Shown: piece by piece, positions 49,691 through 59,005 of the stretch
How positions within the stretch are numbered: position 1 is the stretch's first letter
How the letters are laid out: each line of letters opens with the position of its first letter
Assembly: GCA_963788195.1 (NCBI GenBank)
Contig: CAWBGA010000002.1
Span: 1 to 64,000 of the forward strand
DNA: 64,000 nt
DNA from: Nitrospirota bacterium
GTDB lineage: Bacteria > Nitrospirota > Nitrospiria > Nitrospirales > NS-4
Direction: 5' to 3'
Notes under the pieces: model-generated
The model's database searches: none
Seen by the model: only the letters and a program-made list of their open reading frames with translations
Told to the model about the DNA's origin: nothing
Translations under genes and position numbers: made by a program

Positions 49691-51055
49691 CTAACAGTTC
49701 CCTGCCTTGTGGCTGCAGGCGGCGTTGAGAATCAGTATAAAATTGTTGTCGAGGATTGCGCTGCCCTGAACTTTAGGATCCGGAGAGGTATACCCATAGG
49801 ATGTGACCCCCACTAGTCGGTTGAATCCCGGGTTCAACCCTCCCGCTTGCCCCTGAGCAGGAATCCCAAAATTCTGGACCCATGGGCCGCCGCTCGAGCC
49901 TCCTTCCATATCCGATCCGTACTCGACGTTATTGGGCGCAATATCGCGATGATGCTGGGAATTCACCTGGTGCATTTTACCCGCGGCGTCGAAATTCGCC
50001 GGATACCCGAGTTTATTCGTATGGTTTGGATCCAGGCTATTGGTTTGCCATCCCAAATATCCGGTGACGTCTCCGATTTTCCTTAATGTGCCACCAAACG
50101 GCCGCTCCTCCAGTTCGATGATGGCAAAGTCCGCCGCATTAGGAACTGCGCCATTTCCTGTCGCCCACACCGTCGGGGTCACGACGAATCGCCAGTTCCA
50201 GGCCTGAAAAGGTGCCGGAGTGGCCGCCCCGGCTTCAAATGCCGGAATAAAGAGAAAATTCTGGTAAAACCCATTCACTCCCCCGCTTCCCTTATGAACA
50301 CAATGCCCTGCTGTGAGTATCACACGCGGTCGAAGGACGGAAGCAGAACAGATGAAATCCCCCACTCCTGGTTGAGTGAAAAACAGTTTCCCCGCGGTGC
50401 TATAGGGATAGGCCAGCCGGGCGCTGTCGGGGATCAGCCGCGAACTACTGAACGGCGCTTTTTCGGTACCGATATCCTTTGGGACCGGAATACCGAGTGC
50501 AGCTTCGGGCGAGCTTCTGGGCAGGTTTTCCGACATGGGCTGGTCTTCTGCCTTCGTGCCCTGCATCCCTGAATCTATCTTACTGCTCATCTGGTCCTGG
50601 CTCTGTTGCTTTTCTGCCTTGGCCTGTCGGTTCCCAGGCGCGACATCGTCTTTCTCACTGGCAGCGCCTCGGGGTGGGGTATCTTTCTTAACAGATCCCT
50701 CGGGTTTAGAAGCCTCCTTGGGTGCCACTTTGACAGAAGGCGGTTTGCCGTCTCCTGCCTTGCGCTCCTGGGTCTCGGCGGCTCTGCTCTCTCGTGTCGT
50801 CTGTTCTTGATACCGCTTCTTTGAAATGGGAAGGTCCAAGGGCTTCGCGCTCTTCAGGCGCTCTTCCGTCCATTGCTCGGCAGAGCTATCCCTTTGCACG
50901 TCAGTGTTTTCCTTCATGACGACCCCTTCGGCCTTGGCGACCCCCTCGGCCGAGGGTTCAGCCGCCCGCGACGGAATCACAGTCATCGCCGCGAACATGA
51001 GTAGAAATCCTAAAGTTACAAAAACGCTTTTGTGCCAATTTTGTGATCGCATCAT
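49691..51055 (-). CDS. Secreted trypsin-like serine peptidase (glutamyl-endopeptidase-like) with low-complexity propeptide
   Basis: GKLFF..CSASV..LTAGHC, DFAII, GYP, GGSSGGPW. Confidence 0.88.
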   Translation of the reverse strand: MMRSQNWHKSVFVTLGFLLMFAAMTVIPSRAAEPSAEGVAKAEGVVMKENTDVQRDSSAEQWTEERLKSAKPLDLPISKKRYQEQTTRESRAAETQERKAGDGKPPSVKVAPKEASKPEGSVKKDTPPRGAASEKDDVAPGNRQAKAEKQQSQDQMSSKIDSGMQGTKAEDQPMSENLPRSSPEAALGIPVPKDIGTEKAPFSSSRLIPDSARLAYPYSTAGKLFFTQPGVGDFICSASVLRPRVILTAGHCVHKGSGGVNGFYQNFLFIPAFEAGAATPAPFQAWNWRFVVTPTVWATGNGAVPNAADFAIIELEERPFGGTLRKIGDVTGYLGWQTNSLDPNHTNKLGYPANFDAAGKMHQVNSQHHRDIAPNNVEYGSDMEGGSSGGPWVQNFGIPAQGQAGGLNPGFNRLVGVTSYGYTSPDPKVQGSAILDNNFILILNAACSHKAGNC

Positions 51056-51376
51056 CCACTCCTTGGCTATGAGGTGAAGTTGCCGAACATGACAGGAGTA
51101 CAGGTCAGGAAGGCAGGACAGGTAGGTGGGCTTCGAGCGCGCATCTCACATACCCATGTATAGGAACCTCTCTTTTGTATAAATCACAGTTGTTTTTGTA
51201 TATAGATCTTAAGTATTACGTGTTTAATATTTACTAGGTAGACTAGCTCACGACAAATGGAGAAGCGCCATCGACCTTGGCCGCAGACAGTTGACCTGGA
51301 AATATCGATTCACCGATACTCTTCCGACCTGGCCACTACGCTGGCACAGGGCGACATTCGAACGGAAGGAGATGAC

Positions 51377-52292
51377 ATGAAAAAATCATTTGTGGGTACT
51401 CGCAGCTTTGTTGCTTGTCGCGATTCATGTTCATGCGGCGAAGCCGGTCGATAAGGAAGCGTATAAAAAGGCGAAGCAGGACTTAAAAACCAAAGGGTCG
51501 GTGCCACTTGTTGATGCATTAAAGGCCTCTAAAGGGAGCGGACACCTAGAGGGTTTCCAGCCGACACCAAAGATCGTCGGTGGGACTGATGCGAGTATCT
51601 CAGAATTTACCTGGCAGGTCTCTATTGAAGCGGCGCAAGCACCTTCGAACCTGACTGGGCACTTTTGCGGCGGATCTTTGATTAAACCCGACTGGGTCGT
51701 GACGGCTGCACATTGCCTGGACGGGGGAACCTCTCCTGCCCAGGTCAAAGTTGTGACGGGAACTGATGACTTAAACATAGGTGGAACGAAAGTCGACGTC
51801 ACTAAGATTATAGTCCATCCCAGATATAACCCCGCGACCAACGATAACGATATCGCATTGGTAAAGCTTGCCGGCCAGGCTACCATGCAGCCGATATCCC
51901 TTATGAGCAAGAAGGTCGAAGAATCGACCCTTAAGCCTGATGCAGTCGTAACCATCAGCGGTTGGGGCTATACCAAAGAAAATGGTGACGTCTCTCCAAA
52001 GTTACAGAAGGCCCAGGTTCCGATTGTCGACCGGCAGAAGTGTAACGCCACAGATGCCTATAACGGCCAGATCACCGACAAAATGATATGCGCCGCTCCC
52101 CCGGCCGGAGGTGTAGATTCTTGCCAAGGAGATAGCGGAGGTCCTATGGTCGTGGAAAAAATTGGAGGGAAATATGTTCTCGCGGGCATTGTGAGTTGGG
52201 GGGAGGGCTGCGCGCGGGCGGGGAAACCGGGCGTGTACACCCGCGTGGCCAAGTATGTGGACTGGGTCAACCAGAAGATTAAAACTCAGTGA
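51377..52292 (+). CDS. Secreted trypsin (S1A) serine protease; +1 frameshift in the first codons
   Basis: IVGG, HFCGGSLI, TAAHC, DIAL, DSCQGDSGGP, GIVSWG, PGVYTRV; AAGGAG RBS before ATG 51377. Confidence 0.92.
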
Positions 52293-52814
52293 GGCGTTTG
52301 CAAATAATCACCATTTTATTTTCATCCGTAATTAACGGTAATCCGATACCATTTGGTGGTGACCCCGGAGGCGGCGGCATGTTTACAATAGACGCCTACG
52401 GAGCGTCTGAACTGCCTACGTGGGACAAACCGCGAACCAGTCAATCTAGTAAGGCACAGATTGAGAACATTCGTTGGAAACTGATCCGCCTTCGCGATCG
52501 TGCGATTCTCCCTGAGGTGGGTAACTCACAGGTTTATATCCGACTGCTGCCTCAGGAAAATATGATGGAAGGCTTTGGAGGCTGCAACCGTCTGCGCGGC
52601 CATTACGAGGCCGACGGAAGCAGGTATACAGTTTAGCAGAGTGACGGCCACGAGAAAGGTATGTCCGGAGAGGATGGAGCAGGAACAGGCATTCCTAAAA
52701 GTCCTGGAAGCGGCAGCCACATGGATGGTCGAAGGCGAATCCCTGGAGCTTACGTCTAGCAGCGGCGAATTGCTTGCACGGTTTGACAGGCATGAAAAAC
52801 AGGAGAAGAAATGA
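52289..52814 (+). CDS. META/HslJ-domain protein (+1 frameshift near 52624)
   Basis: WKL..GFGGCNR..G.Y joined to ATRKVC..MEQEQAFL..L..LELT. Confidence 0.8.
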
Positions 52815-52827
52815 GGTCTTCGAAACC

Positions 52828-53805
52828 TTAGAGCTTTGTCGCTTCCAACACTCCGATGACCGGTGTAATTCGGTGGCGCTTGAATCGTCCATACCCCAGG
52901 GGCCTCAGCCAGCCCTCCACTTCGGTCCAGCTATAACACCGGCCGGTCGCGGTATAGAGGTACATCATGACCGAAAAGACAGCGCTTCTGGCAGGAGCTG
53001 TCCGGCTCGCCTCCAGGAAGAATTCGACGATGAAGAGCTTCCCGCCCGTGCGGAGCGCCTGCGCCGCTCGTCGCAAAAGCTTCCGGTTCTCGTCCTCGTT
53101 AAAAACATGAATGACATTAGAGCACAGCACGGTGTCGTACCCGCCACCGAGGTCATCGTTGAAAATGTCACCGGCTTTGACCTTGAGCCGGCCATTCAAG
53201 CCGTGCTCGCGGATCAATCTCCTGGCTACCGCAGTGGTCTGATCTATGATGACGCCATGCAATTGCGGATAGCGTTTTGCCAACGCTATGGCATAGGACC
53301 CGGGACCGCCCGCAAGATCCAGAAAACGTGCGGCGGATGATCCAAGGCGCATGGCCTCTACGGTCGGCCCGGCAAGGACATAACTTCGCTCGTGCATGGC
53401 CCAGGAGAATTGCCGGCGGAATTTCGGGGTAGCCGTGATGGGCGCCCAGCCCAATCGACCCTTACGCAGTGCCGCAGGCAGCTTCGTCCAGTCGTGCCAA
53501 TGGTGAGCGAACAGCCACAGCAGGTTCGTGAGAGACTCGGGGCTGCGCCGGTCGAGATAGCGGCGGCCGAGCGCCGTATTGCGATAGCCCCTCCGATCGC
53601 GATTCAGAATACCTAGGCTGACCAGCGCATCCAGTACAAGGTGCAGGCCTTCGGCATCTACTTGGCACCGGCGGGCAATATTTTTGAGAGAAAGTCTTTC
53701 CTTCCCGATTGCCGTGAAGACATCGCAAGCATTGGCAGCTAGGAGAATTTGCGATGGTCCACAGGCATTCGCAAGTTCTATCAGCTGTGTATAGCTCTTG
53801 CCCAC
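52828..53805 (-). CDS. O-methyltransferase (dimerisation domain + SAM-binding domain)
   Basis: LDALVSLGIL..YRNT, FLDLAGGPG, GDIF, SNVIH; GGAGG before GTG 53805. Confidence 0.88.
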   Translation of the reverse strand: MGKSYTQLIELANACGPSQILLAANACDVFTAIGKERLSLKNIARRCQVDAEGLHLVLDALVSLGILNRDRRGYRNTALGRRYLDRRSPESLTNLLWLFAHHWHDWTKLPAALRKGRLGWAPITATPKFRRQFSWAMHERSYVLAGPTVEAMRLGSSAARFLDLAGGPGSYAIALAKRYPQLHGVIIDQTTAVARRLIREHGLNGRLKVKAGDIFNDDLGGGYDTVLCSNVIHVFNEDENRKLLRRAAQALRTGGKLFIVEFFLEASRTAPARSAVFSVMMYLYTATGRCYSWTEVEGWLRPLGYGRFKRHRITPVIGVLEATKL

Positions 53806-53952
53806 CGCGTCCTCCGGCCGGCACCATACCGTTGCAGAGGGAAGGAGATCAAGCGCATGCAGGTGTTCGATTGACAGCCTGTCTGGCCTTGGATAGACTC
53901 CTGCCTGGATTCTCCCCAGACGAAACTCACTTTCAGGAGCCACTTAAGACGG

Positions 53953-55047
53953 ATGAAGCGCACCCCGCTCATTGAGCATCACAGGAAGTTGAACGCGAAA
54001 CTCGTCGACTTCAATGAGTGGGAGATGCCGATCCAGTATCAAGGTGTTGTTGAGGAATATCAGGCGGTTCGAGCTGCGGTCGGCGTGTTCGATGTCAGTC
54101 ATATGGGCCGGGTTATGGTCGAAGGGCGCGACGCGGTTTCTTTCCTTCAACAGGTGACCACCAACAATATCATGAAGCTCGCTGTGGGCTCCGCGCAGTA
54201 TTCGATGATCTGCAATCAAGAAGGCGGCATCAAGGACGACATATTTGTCTATAGGCTTGAGGAGCGGCGATTCCTACTCTGTGTCAATGCCTCCAATCGC
54301 GAGAAGATCATTTCGTGGCTTTACACCAAGTCGCCGCAGGGAGACATACGGCTGAGCGACGAGAGCCATGACCTGGCTCAAATTGCGTTGCAAGGGCCGC
54401 ATTCCGAAGGGGTTCTCCGGGTCGTCTGTCCAAGTGTTCCGGATATGCTCAAGCCTCGACAGTGTGTTCAAGCAGAGGTCTTCAAGATCAACTGCATCAT
54501 CTCGCGCACCGGGTATACCGGTGAAGTCGGCTATGAACTCTATGTCCCTTCTCAGTCGTCCGGCATCATCTGGGCGGGCTTGCTCGAGGCAGGGGAGAGC
54601 CTCGGCATCAGACCCTGCGGTCTGGGAGCCCGGGACCTGCTTCGGCTTGAAGTTGGGTATCTTCTTTACGGCAGTGACATCGATGAAAACACGACTCCAC
54701 TCGAAGCGAGCGCGGAGTGGGCGGTCGATTTTACGAAGGGGGACTTCCTCGGCAGGTCGTCGCTTCTACGGCAAAAAGAAAAAGGCGTCCTGCGCAAGCT
54801 CGTGGGTTTTGAGTTGATCCAGAAAGGGGTCCCCCGACACGGAATGAAAATCACGTCTCAAGGGCAGAGCCTGCAGGAAATAGGGGTCGTAACCAGTGGA
54901 AATTTATCGCCCCGACTCCAGAAGGGCATTGGTTTAGGGTACGTGCCTCCTGAGTTCAGCAGCCTCGGAACCCCTTTGCTCATCGATATCCGGGGACGCG
55001 CCCATGCCGCGATCGTGGTGGCGCCGCCATTTTATAAACGGAAGTAG
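53953..55047 (+). CDS. gcvT: Glycine cleavage system T protein
   Basis: MKRTPL, FDVSHMG, IALQGP, SRTGYTGE.GYEL, GLGARD.LRLE. Confidence 0.97.
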   Translation: MKRTPLIEHHRKLNAKLVDFNEWEMPIQYQGVVEEYQAVRAAVGVFDVSHMGRVMVEGRDAVSFLQQVTTNNIMKLAVGSAQYSMICNQEGGIKDDIFVYRLEERRFLLCVNASNREKIISWLYTKSPQGDIRLSDESHDLAQIALQGPHSEGVLRVVCPSVPDMLKPRQCVQAEVFKINCIISRTGYTGEVGYELYVPSQSSGIIWAGLLEAGESLGIRPCGLGARDLLRLEVGYLLYGSDIDENTTPLEASAEWAVDFTKGDFLGRSSLLRQKEKGVLRKLVGFELIQKGVPRHGMKITSQGQSLQEIGVVTSGNLSPRLQKGIGLGYVPPEFSSLGTPLLIDIRGRAHAAIVVAPPFYKRK

Positions 55048-55049
55048 AA

Positions 55050-55310
55050 TTGTCGTCATTCTGAGCGGAGGGCTGTTGTCATTCTGAGCGAAGCGAAGAA
55101 TCTCGGGTCTATGCATGTTCTTCACGGAGTTTAGCGTGAGCCTCGAATTGAGATCCCCTTCACGGAGTTTCTCCTGAGCGAGCAATTGAGATCCTTCACT
55201 TCGTTCAGGATGACAAGCGAAGGATTCAGGATGACAGCGAAGGGTTCAGCACGACAGCCGAGGTTCAGGATGACAAGCGAATGGGTCCAGGATGACGAGC
55301 GCAGCGAAGG
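55050..55310. repeat. Cluster of REP-like repeats (GTCATTCTGAGCG / CAGGATGAC)
   Basis: Two GTCATTCTGAGCG, two CTTCACGGAGTTT and four to five CAGGATGAC units in opposite orientation. Confidence 0.8.
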
Positions 55311-55319
55311 GATTGAGTC

Positions 55320-55844
55320 TTGATAATAGAAACAAAGCGTATTTTTAAGGGCCGAGTAGTCACGCTGGATATCGATACGGTCACGCTGCCGAATGGCGCC
55401 ACGATCGAGTTGGAGATGATCCATCATCCCGGTGCGGCGGCGGTCGTTCCGATCAAGGAGGATGGAACCGTGATCTTGATCCGTCAGTTCCGTCACGCGG
55501 CGGCCGGCTATATATATGAGATTCCGGCCGGAAAATTGCATTTGGGGGAGGATCCGAAGGTCTGCGCGGAGCGCGAATTGCAGGAAGAGATCGGCTACAA
55601 AGTAGCTTCTCTCGAACTGCTGGCGAGCATCCTGACGACACCGGGTTTCACCGACGAAGTGATTCACATCTACAAAGGCACAGGCCTGAGTATAGGCACA
55701 CAGAATCTAGACCATGACGAAGTCATAGAGATCATCGAATTACCTTTGGCGAAAGCAATAGCACAGATCAATGACGGGACCATCCGGGACGGCAAAACGA
55801 TTGTGGGTCTACAAATGGCGTATCTGCGCGAGCAGTTTCCTTGA
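55320..55844 (+). CDS. nudF: NUDIX hydrolase (ADP-ribose pyrophosphatase-like)
   Basis: HPGAAAVVP, RQFR, EIPAGKL..GEDP..CAERELQEEIG, DGKT. Confidence 0.85.
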   Translation: MIIETKRIFKGRVVTLDIDTVTLPNGATIELEMIHHPGAAAVVPIKEDGTVILIRQFRHAAAGYIYEIPAGKLHLGEDPKVCAERELQEEIGYKVASLELLASILTTPGFTDEVIHIYKGTGLSIGTQNLDHDEVIEIIELPLAKAIAQINDGTIRDGKTIVGLQMAYLREQFP

Positions 55845-56353
55845 TGATGCGGTGGAACCTGCCGTTCGTTCTCGTTGCGGTGGCCTTGTCAGGCGATCCT
55901 CAAGCGCGAGAACTCGATGGTGGTCGCAATGGGTTCAATGGCTACCAACTGGAGACGCCGGTTACCAGTTACGGTCTGCTCAGGGAGGTCGGCAAGTTCA
56001 GCACAGAATTCGTCAACGAAGTCACTGTGTACGAAGATCCTGACGAAGTATTAATGCTGGACGCGGTGCCGCTGAAAAAAGTGCGGTACCGTTTTGCGGA
56101 TGGGCTACTCGAAAGCGTGCAATTGACGTATGAGGGGCGCGAGAATCGTGACAGACTGCTGAGCTGGGTCGAAGCGCATTACGGAAAGCTTCCCGGCAAT
56201 GAACGCAGAATCCTTGCCCAAGTAGTCTGGCACGGGGAGAAGATGATGATCATGTTGAATTACAACCGGACGCAGAATGAAGGCGCGCTCTGGTTTATCT
56301 CGCCAACGCTGCACGGAGAGATCAACCGCACTACCGGGTCGATCCCGGACTAG
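55841..56353 (+). CDS. Secreted family-B protein 4
   Basis: GFNGY, RYRFADGLLESVQLTYEGRENRDRLLSW, WHG, ALWFISPTLH. Confidence 0.8.
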   Translation: MMMRWNLPFVLVAVALSGDPQARELDGGRNGFNGYQLETPVTSYGLLREVGKFSTEFVNEVTVYEDPDEVLMLDAVPLKKVRYRFADGLLESVQLTYEGRENRDRLLSWVEAHYGKLPGNERRILAQVVWHGEKMMIMLNYNRTQNEGALWFISPTLHGEINRTTGSIPD

Positions 56354-56561
56354 GGGTTGGCGTCCCGTCCCGCACCTTGGCGTTGGCGCGCTCGCGTTCT
56401 TCCTGTTTCATCCTCTCAAACGTCCGATCGGACTCGCTCTTGATTTCCCGACTGCTCGGATCGGAAGTTTCAGGAGCAGGCGACGCACAGCCGGGAAGTA
56501 AAGATGCGCCAACGAAAAGCCCCGTTACGAGTAGTGATTGCATCCACTTTATTTTTGCCAT
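56331..56561 (-). CDS. Small lipoprotein
   Basis: GAGG RBS; signal peptide with lipobox LPGC. Confidence 0.6.
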   Translation of the reverse strand: MAKIKWMQSLLVTGLFVGASLLPGCASPAPETSDPSSREIKSESDRTFERMKQEERERANAKVRDGTPTPSPGSTR

Positions 56562-56639
56562 GACACCATCCTCATAAGACGTGACATCGCCTTCGGTTAA
56601 GATTTTACTGTATGAAAGATGCTAAAGTCACTTGACCAT

Positions 56640-57086
56640 ATGTCTCTGAACGATCGACTATCCGAAGACCTAAAGCAGGCCATGAAGGCCAAAGACCAGC
56701 TGCGTATGGATACGATACGCATGATGAAGGCCGCACTCTTTAACAAAGAAATCGAATTGAACAAACCGTTAGACGAAGCGGAGATGAACAGGGTCTTGAC
56801 GACGATGGTCAAGCAGCGCAAGGATGCGGCCGACCAGTATCGAACGGCGAACCGTCCCGAGTTGGCTGAGAAGGAACTGAAGGAAATTGTGATCGTCGAA
56901 AGCTACCTGCCACGGGCTCTGTCTGGGGAAGAGATTGCTCAGTTGATTGCGGATGCGATGCGTGAAACTAACGCCGAGTCAGCAAAAGACATGGGCAAAG
57001 TCATGAAGGCGGTAATGGCGCAACTTGCCGGCCAGCCCGTGGATGGCAAGGTGATTAGCGACCTCATCCGCGCCAGACTGAAATAG
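56640..57086 (+). CDS. GatB/YqeY domain protein
   Basis: L..DLKQAMKAKD..KQRKDA..Y..RPELAEKE..YLP..DMGKVM. Confidence 0.92.
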   Translation: MSLNDRLSEDLKQAMKAKDQLRMDTIRMMKAALFNKEIELNKPLDEAEMNRVLTTMVKQRKDAADQYRTANRPELAEKELKEIVIVESYLPRALSGEEIAQLIADAMRETNAESAKDMGKVMKAVMAQLAGQPVDGKVISDLIRARLK

Positions 57087-57178
57087 GATTAAAGCTGCGG
57101 CGATCTAACAGCGGGGTCTGGCTCCATTTTAGTCTTCGAAAAAGGTGCCTGAACCCATTCCGGCAAGCGATTTATTAT

Positions 57179-57215
57179 GGGGACAGGCACCATTCGGAAA
57201 TGGAGCCTGTCCCCT
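57179..57215. repeat. GGGGACAGG..CCTGTCCCC hairpin (REP-like/terminator)
   Basis: Inverted repeat of the same GGGACAG family as the nxr hairpins. Confidence 0.6.
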
Positions 57216-57237
57216 CTACAGCCGCGGGTAACCGATC

Positions 57238-57483
57238 TCACCTCCGTCGTCGCAGAGCCAGCAGGCCCACCAGCCCGGACCCCAGGAGCAAGAACGCGGC
57301 CGGTTCCGGCATGGGAGATGGCGCAGTGGACGACAGACGGCTCACATAGCCATAGCCGGCCTCGGAGTCGATCGCAAAACCGTTGGGCACGCTGAAAAGA
57401 AAGACAGCGCTGTTCGCGACGTCGGCGAAGCTCCTGCAAGTAGTGCCTTTGTTGCACTCCGCCTCGCCGCGAAATTCCGCCAA
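57238..57483 (-). pseudogene. PEP-CTERM protein remnant
   Basis: C-terminal MPEPAAFLLLGSGLVGLLALRRRR; no signal peptide and little room for a full gene. Confidence 0.6.
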
Positions 57484-57651
57484 GAAATGTAAGGACTCAG
57501 GATGTTTTCCTTGACTCCATGCCTACCTGGATAACTAGCGCTGCGCTGAGGATGGTGTCAGAAAAGGGGGGACCGCCTTTTGGAGAATGGATAGCCCAAA
57601 TGGCGGCGCCATGAAGAGCGTTCTTAGGATTATACTGGCTGGCGGGGCAAC

Positions 57652-59004
57652 ATGGCACACCGAATCCTGATCGTGGATGACGAGGAAGCCTCCCGGACCG
57701 GCCTACGCTCATTATTGACACACGCAGGCTATGAGGTGGAAGACGCGGAGGACGGCTCCAAAGCGCTCGAAAAGGCCAGAGGATTCAGGCCTGCCGTCGT
57801 GATCACCGACATTGTCATGCCGGGTTCCGATGGACTGGCGCTGTTAAAAGCTCTTCAAGAAGAGTTTCCGTTCGCCTCCGTCATTCTGTTGACCGGCCAG
57901 GGAACGATCGAGTCCGCGGTCGCAGCGATGAAGCATGGCGCCTACGACTACCTCACCAAACCCGTAGATATCCCGCGCTTGAAGGTGCTTGTCCGGAAGG
58001 CGTTGGAAAAAGCGGAGGCGCTTCTCGAGCTGAGTCTGCTCAGACAGCGGCTCAAGACCGTATGGGGAATGGGCAGGCTGATCGGCAAGAGCGCCGCAAT
58101 CCAGGAAGTGTATCGCCTCATTGAGTTGGCGGCTCCAACGTCCGCAGCAGTGTTGATCCTGGGAGAAAGCGGGACCGGAAAGGAGTTGGTGGCCCGCCGT
58201 CTGCACGAACTCTCGCCCCGCCGGTCCGGTCCCTTCGTCGCGGTTAATTGCTCGGCGATCCCCGAAACCCTCCTGGAGAGCGAGATTTTTGGTCATGAAA
58301 AAGGCGCGTTCACCGGGGCGCTCGAGAAGAGGATCGGCTGTTTTGAACTGGCCCATGAGGGCACCATCTTTCTGGATGAAATCGCCGAGATGAGCCCGGG
58401 CACCCAGGCGAAGTTTCTGCGTATCCTTCAGGACGGGATGCTGCGGCGTATTGGGGCGAAGACGGAAGTCTGGGTGGATGCGCGCGTCATCGCCGCGACG
58501 AACAGGGCGCTGGACCGGGCCATCAAGGAAGGACAGCTGCGCGAAGATTTGTACTACCGGCTTAATGTCTTCAGCGTGTCGCTCCCGCCGCTCCGGCAAC
58601 GGAAGGAGGATATTCCTCTGCTCATCGAGGCGTTCCTCGAAGAATTCAACGCGAAATACGACAAGCACATCAAAGGCGCCGACGATGCCGCCTTACAGCT
58701 TTTGATGGCGCATTCCTGGCCCGGCAATGTGAGAGAACTTCGGAACGTCATCGAGCGGGCGTCCATCACATGTGAGGGCCGCCTGATTGCCCCTGAGCAT
58801 CTTCCGACCGATCTGCGACACAACACAATCGCGCAGTCCGGAACAGAATGCAGTTTTCCTGCCGGCACGACCGTCGAGCAGGCGGAGCAAAGCCTGATTC
58901 TCTCAACGCTTGCGGCCTTGAAGAACAACAAGACCAAGACCGCGGAAGTCTTGGGGATCAGCCTCAAGACGCTTCATAATAAACTGGAGCGGTTCCGTCG
59001 CTAG
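57652..59004 (+). CDS. Sigma-54-dependent response regulator 3
   Basis: REC, GESGTGKE, ESEIFGHEKGAFTGA, WPGNVREL, LGISLKTLHNKL. Confidence 0.95.
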   Translation: MAHRILIVDDEEASRTGLRSLLTHAGYEVEDAEDGSKALEKARGFRPAVVITDIVMPGSDGLALLKALQEEFPFASVILLTGQGTIESAVAAMKHGAYDYLTKPVDIPRLKVLVRKALEKAEALLELSLLRQRLKTVWGMGRLIGKSAAIQEVYRLIELAAPTSAAVLILGESGTGKELVARRLHELSPRRSGPFVAVNCSAIPETLLESEIFGHEKGAFTGALEKRIGCFELAHEGTIFLDEIAEMSPGTQAKFLRILQDGMLRRIGAKTEVWVDARVIAATNRALDRAIKEGQLREDLYYRLNVFSVSLPPLRQRKEDIPLLIEAFLEEFNAKYDKHIKGADDAALQLLMAHSWPGNVRELRNVIERASITCEGRLIAPEHLPTDLRHNTIAQSGTECSFPAGTTVEQAEQSLILSTLAALKNNKTKTAEVLGISLKTLHNKLERFRR

Positions 59005-59005
59005 T

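Noticed and set aside
53820..53952. Glycine riboswitch upstream of gcvT
   Set aside because: GGAGA and CTTTCAGG are present but the conserved CCGAAG core is missing; the CAGGAG is better explained as an RBS. An Rfam RF00504 scan would settle it.
55050..55310. CRISPR array (also 62325-62711)
   Set aside because: Repeats are too short or degenerate, spacing is irregular, and no cas genes are present
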